64,000 nt of DNA from the human T2T-CHM13v2.0 reference genome, Homo sapiens, in assembly GCF_009914755.1 (NCBI RefSeq), contig NC_060931.1; one strand, 5' to 3'. Every line of letters begins with the position of its first letter. Position 1 is the first letter of the stretch. The notes under the pieces were generated by a model that worked only from the letters and a program-made list of their open reading frames with translations, had not been told where the DNA came from and did no database searches. Shown here one piece after another: positions 57,316-64,000 of the stretch. A program made the translations under genes and the position numbers.

Positions 57316-58197
57316 TGTATGTATTTTTCAGATGTTTCAGAATTTGGTGAAAGCAATAATTGTTCTAATCCTATTGCTGGATTTAAAAGTAGGAAAGGGT
57401 AAATAGAGATAGCAAACAGTGTCAATAAAGTATTTAATAAGAAGTAATGACCCCCATAATACTTTGAAATTCCCTATATTAAAAATACAAGATGAATTGT
57501 AAAGAGAAACTGAAAACCAGCTTTAACTGTGTTAAAAGCCAGTTGAGACTTCTACTTTATTTATCCATTTGATATTATGCAGGCTTCTCTTTGTGTATAT
57601 AGCTGAGCAATGTGAATATAATGCTGTCATTATTGTTTTCTGTGTTATACCACTAGTTACATTACTTCAGATTATGAAGTACAGTATTGAGCTCTGTCGT
57701 TGACTATATCTCTCCCCAATTATATGTATCATGATTTTAGCCCATATTTTATAAATGAGAGATAATTTTAATGAATGTGTGGGGCAAATAAAACTTTTAG
57801 AGTTGGTATGTTAAAATAGGGCTAAAGTTAAAGTTTCAAGAATTGTAGAGAGAGAGAGACTAGATGTGCCAATGCAAACAATGGATTGGTGAAACTGAAA
57901 CTGAAGAAATTTCTGATAAGTTAGAGATTTTTGGTTAACTAAGATTTCAACCTGTGTGAATCTCAATTTTGGCAGAAATGAGGAATGTAAGCAATTCTAG
58001 CTTTGCAATGTGGAAAAGTCAGGGAAAGTAAATTAGACTTTGCACTAACACTTCCTATAAGCTTATGTCACCCTGATATTGAATGTTGTATATGAGGGTG
58101 GAGGGACAGGTGGGGACAAACACCCAGCTCCTCCTGGGCTTGAGCCAAGGACCTTTGGCTTCAGTTGGATCTTGTAACTGCCCTGTTTACCTGTAAT

Positions 58198-59458
58198 CAG
58201 AGGCAAATTTACCAGGAGTAAATTTACTGGGATTTAGGTTTCAGGACCTCTGACTTGCACAGACCTCCTCCAAGGCTCTGCGAGGACCTCTAGCAATGTG
58301 TTCACGTGATCATATGGTTTTGCAAAATTTGAGGAATTTAAAGGTATTTAAGCATAATTAGTTAAGACTGCTATCTCTTTTCTACTCTGACGGTCCTTCT
58401 ATCACATTTCCTCACACAGGATTGCTTTGGAATGATCACAGGCATTTATCAGATCTGGCTAAAGGGAAATTGAGTTGAGAATATACAACTTTAAACTATA
58501 GTTTGAAAGATATTTTGAAACATTTCAATAAGACAAGGGAGAAATTATAGACTCCTAATTTAGGTACATAGGGTTCATTATTTTCTCATTTTTGCACTTA
58601 TTTTTTAAAGAACTGAGATAATTTAGATAATGGAACATAAAACTAAAGCAACAAAGATGAATGATGAAATAAGTAGAAATTATTTGATATCAAAAAGCAT
58701 GTTGTAAAAAAATAGATTATAACAAAAGCAGTAATGCATTGAAAAGAAAAGTTTCTAATAGAGATAATAAATAGGCTTGATAGACTACTTGAAAACTTAG
58801 TTAATAAAAAAGAGTGAATCATATGAATACACTGGGGAAACACTTAAGTTTCTCTTGATTTAACCACAAAATACGTATCGAGAAAGACAACATAAAATGT
58901 CATAATATGTAACTATAATGAGCTTTATAATTAATGAGTATCTTCAGGTCAAAGAGTATATATATTAGTTGCCACATATGAAACTTTGAAATACCCTGAA
59001 ATTTTGCAACTCATAAAAGAAAAAAATTTTATGAAAGTTTTCCCAAATTTTACAGTGATCCTAAAAACCCGACATGAGTTGTGAACTGAAAAGAATCTTT
59101 CCTTAACACATATTTCTAAAAATTCTTTTTATAGCATAATTAGAAGAGATGCCAAATTATTTTTTAATTTCGTATGTGGAAAATTGTGTTATAAAATTGT
59201 CATTTGTCAAAATATGTATAATCAAAAATTTTAGAAAAAAGCATTATAGAGGTTTGTTGGATAAATAAAAATAAGATGGTATTTTTCTGAATTTCATGAT
59301 GTTTATTTTCAGCTATTTAAAATTTGTAATTTTTCTGTTCTAAATATACTTCCACTTTCTCTTCTAATTTTGTATTCATAATTTTGTATTCTTTTTCTTT
59401 AAAAGGTCTAGAAAAGTTGCATAAGATTCAGTTACCCTACAACCTGGATCCACCCTGG
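58198..59458. mobile_element. hAT-Tip100 DNA transposon (Zaphod-like), internally deleted
   Basis: Termini cagaggcaaattta / tggatccaccctg; approximate 8-bp TSD cctgtaat / tctgtagt; hAT dimerisation-domain-like 'gttttcccaaattttacagtgatcctaaaa'. Confidence 0.65.
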
Positions 59459-59628
59459 TCTGTAGTTAATGGTTTTAAACATGAAAAAATATATTTATTA
59501 TGTAGCATACATATTCCAGAAGGCATAAAGTGAGAAGTAAAAGACCCCTCCTCCACTCTCATTTGTAAGCCCAAAAAGAAAATACTTGACCTTCTTTATG
59601 TATTTTTTAAAATTGTTGTCACATCATC

Positions 59629-61035
<1,407 letters not shown>

Positions 61036-61059
61036 CTTATGTATGTTTTACAGTTGTTC

Positions 61060-61292
61060 AGATCTGCTTTGTTCAGTAGGGTGGTGTGCACTAACCAGCC
61101 ACATGTAGCTATGGAGAACTTGAAGTGTAACAAATATACTGATTTTTAAATTTTCATTTCACCAAGGTTTAATTTTAATTCAGTTTACATTTTAAATGAA
61201 TAATTTCATTATTGGAAAACTTCTAAGTATATTTAAAACAACTTGGGTTTGTGGATTTATTTTTTTCAGCTGTAAATTTTCTAAAATCCAAA
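61060..61292. mobile_element. hAT-Charlie MITE fragment (MER33/MER3-like)
   Basis: 'cagccacatgtagctatggagaacttgaagtgt...attggaaaacttctaagtatatttaaaacaacttggg'. Confidence 0.55.
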
Positions 61293-61489
61293 GGACATCA
61301 CTGCAGTATGTGTACATGTGGTGTGTCTGTGTATATACATATTTTTTTCCACAAACGAGATCATACTCTGCATCTTAGCTTTTCAACTTAACCGTATGAT
61401 TGCACATCTTTTCGCAGCAACTTACAGATTTATTTCATTTAGTTATTAGCAGTATAATATTCTCTTCTGTTTTTATAGTCTTTTTTCAT

Positions 61490-61630
61490 ACAGCTGCTGG
61501 GGTGATTCTTTTTAATTTAAGTGTAAGTGAGATCATGTCACTCCTTTGTTCACAACCCTTCGGTGGCTTCAAATCTATCTCAAAACCAAATTCCAAGTCT
61601 TCACTCCACATCGAATGCCTGCCTTGATCT
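61490..61630 (+). mobile_element. L2 fragment
   Basis: 'cagctgctggggtgattc...gatcatgtcactcctttgttcacaacccttcggtggcttc'. Confidence 0.55.
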
Positions 61631-62849
61631 GTTTTCTCACTGCTATTTTAATATGGGGATTAGACACAAATATTTTATTCTTTAAAAAATCCATCAGAAA
61701 TGTTATTTAGTAAAGCAGAGACTTTCCACGTACAAAATTTAAGGTCTTGTTTAGTGTCTCATTTATTTTACCACCACCAGTTCCTTTTAAAGACACCCCA
61801 TTTTTCCTTCCCAATAGCACTCACTGAAGTAATATAAACCTTGTTAACTGTAGTAAAAAATGATGCAGACTTTCTCTAATCAAGAGCTCATTTACAAGAG
61901 GAAATGGTGTTATGGCAGATAGCTGAAGTATACTGTGTCTTAAGAATTTGTTGCCTCTTTCTTGCTAGATTGAATTTCAGAATTCAGAGTCTAAATTTTC
62001 TCTTTCACATCTGGTGGCACTTTTTAAAAAATCAGTGTGCAAAAAGGAGAAAAATCTCTCTGCTTCCTCTTTATGCCACTCACTACAGTCCAGCCTATGC
62101 CAGGCTTAAAGAAAAGGCTTTTGTATTGGCAAAGACACTCCAAAATGGTTTCCAAGTGCATTAAAAGTCAAGGAGAGTTTTGCAGAAAAATTTAAGATTA
62201 AAAAAAATCCGAGTGGTTACAAGTTAAGAAACCATTTTTAAAATTAAGCAATGACTACCAAAAACATGCTGGCTAAGTACGTATGTAATGTTAGCATCCC
62301 AGTGCCACTAGTGCAAGGCAGACTCCCATGAGCCATTTAAACATAAAAGTTAAGAAGGTAGAATTTTAGAAGTTTTAATGATTATTTGAAATCTCAAGGG
62401 ATTATTATACAAGATATGGTGATGGTTATAAATATATGGACTGACACACACTTATCACTAAATAAATGTTTTACATGAACAAATGAGTAAACAAGTAAAC
62501 CACATTGCTTGGAATAAGTAGTGTTTGTTAGAGCTTTGAGCCCTGGGAGCGAGGGACTCAAGAAATAGGGAGACTTAATCAGAAAGAAAGGACTATGAAG
62601 TGATATCAGAGTAAATGCTAAAACTAGGCATAGTGTGAAGTTGGACCCCAAAGGGTAAAGACGGTTGTTGGAAAATGAAGATAGCCTTTTCTGTGGAAGA
62701 TCAGGCAAGTAACCACCCCAGTTTGGAGTTATCATGAAATCAGACTTGAGGACATGTGGATTTACACCTGGTGAATTGACCAAAAAAGAGCTTGTTAATG
62801 TGCTCAGAGAGTTGAGAATTAAAGTGTGAGTGGTTCTGAACTGAGTATT

Positions 62850-63090
62850 GTTTGCAATTATTTATGAAGAAAGTGACAGAAAATCTAGCTTATCCTGGCT
62901 TAAATGAAAAAGGGCATCTGTTGACACATATAACCAAACAGTCCATGGGTTGGACTCACTTTGGGCATATCTTGATTTAAGGTTCCAAAGATGGCCCAGG
63001 ATCTTATTCTTTGTGTGAAAGCCTCATCTTAGACCAGCCGCCCTTTTCTGGTGGCAAGATGGCTACAGCAGCTCCAAGCCCCTTACTCTG
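62850..63090. mobile_element. Old MaLR LTR fragment (MLT1J-like)
   Basis: 'aaagtgacagaaaatc...ctggcttaaatgaaaaggg' and 'gtggcaagatggctacagcagctccaagcc'. Confidence 0.45.
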
Positions 63091-64000
63091 TTCTTTCATG
63101 AATGTGCTGGTCACTATTGTCTCCCACATCATGGGTTGCTTTTTACTAGATGTCTCTTGTTAAAAAGTTTTTAATTTTAGCGTTAAGTTTCTCAATCTGT
63201 TTCCCGTTTGGTTAGCACTTTCTGCTGTGCAAGTAATCTTTGCCTCCCCCATGATCAAGAAAATATTCCCTTACGTAATCTGCTAGACACTTATACTGTT
63301 TTACCAATCATATGTAGAGTTACAGTCTGCTCAGAATTCCTTAAAGTCTGGGTGATTCTACTGGGCAGCCAGGGTTGAAGACCTCAGGCTTTGATGTTGC
63401 TGAGTTTTCCTGGGAGTCTTTGGCACTGCTACAGTGTGTGGTACCTGCTTGCCTGAGAGGGAAGTACCAGTTTGACAGAATAGCTACACATTGATCTGTT
63501 TTGTGGTAAACTAATATGCTCCTTCTTTGTTTTAAATGAATGGGATTTTGCCTTTCTTTGAGACATGAGTTACTACTTTTATTAACAGATGAATGATGTA
63601 AATGTGTTAGTTGTTAGTAAAAGGAGAAAAATCCAGAGAGAGTATCCATTCATAAGCAACTATCAATTATATTATGTATTCAAGGTGTCATCTTGGATTC
63701 TGAGATGTTGAGACTCTTCAACTTCAAGACTCCCTGATCCTTTATTTTCACATTTTTTTACACTATGAGGTATCCAAGATGTGAGAAAATAAAATTATTC
63801 CAGATGGCTTTCCTTTTCTCATTTTTTAGAATGTTTCCGTCTAATCCTCTCTCTCAAAAGAAACATTCCCCTTGGAATTGCTTCTGTTATTATTTGTATT
63901 CATTTTTAAACCTTGACAACCATGTGAACGTAGTACAGGTGTTTTTTTTAAGAGAGTGATCTATAAAGTAAAGTTCTTTGTGCTGTGTTGCAGAAGGAGA

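Noticed and set aside
62394-62783. 129-aa minus-strand ORF
   Set aside because: Non-ATG start, low-complexity L/S/F-rich composition, no motif or splice support.

Overview
AT-rich primate (human-like) nuclear DNA, most likely deep intronic or intergenic. I find no intact protein-coding exon, and the short ORFs in the track are mostly translations of repeats. The main features are a near full-length HERV-L provirus (28292-34558) with MLT2A1-type LTRs, a perfect CCATC target-site duplication and decayed gag/pro/pol/dUTPase without env, and a minus-strand processed RPL23A pseudogene (~48613-49099). The window also holds about 17 Alus, several old L1/L2/MIR fragments, MaLR and ERV1 solo LTRs and several DNA-transposon relics (Tigger, Charlie, Zaphod-like, MER5). 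Repeat family names come from my recollection of consensus sequences, not a database search. The best 'unexplained' signals are (i) a repeat-free minus-strand region (42270-45420) with splice sites and frame-consistent decayed coding sequence, a candidate lost (unitary) gene; (ii) a ~3 kb heavily decayed pogo/Tigger transposase relic with recognisable DDE-domain motifs; (iii) a micro-inversion that removes the HERV-L protease active site; and (iv) a ~175 bp non-TE direct duplication. None is proven to be a new functional system.
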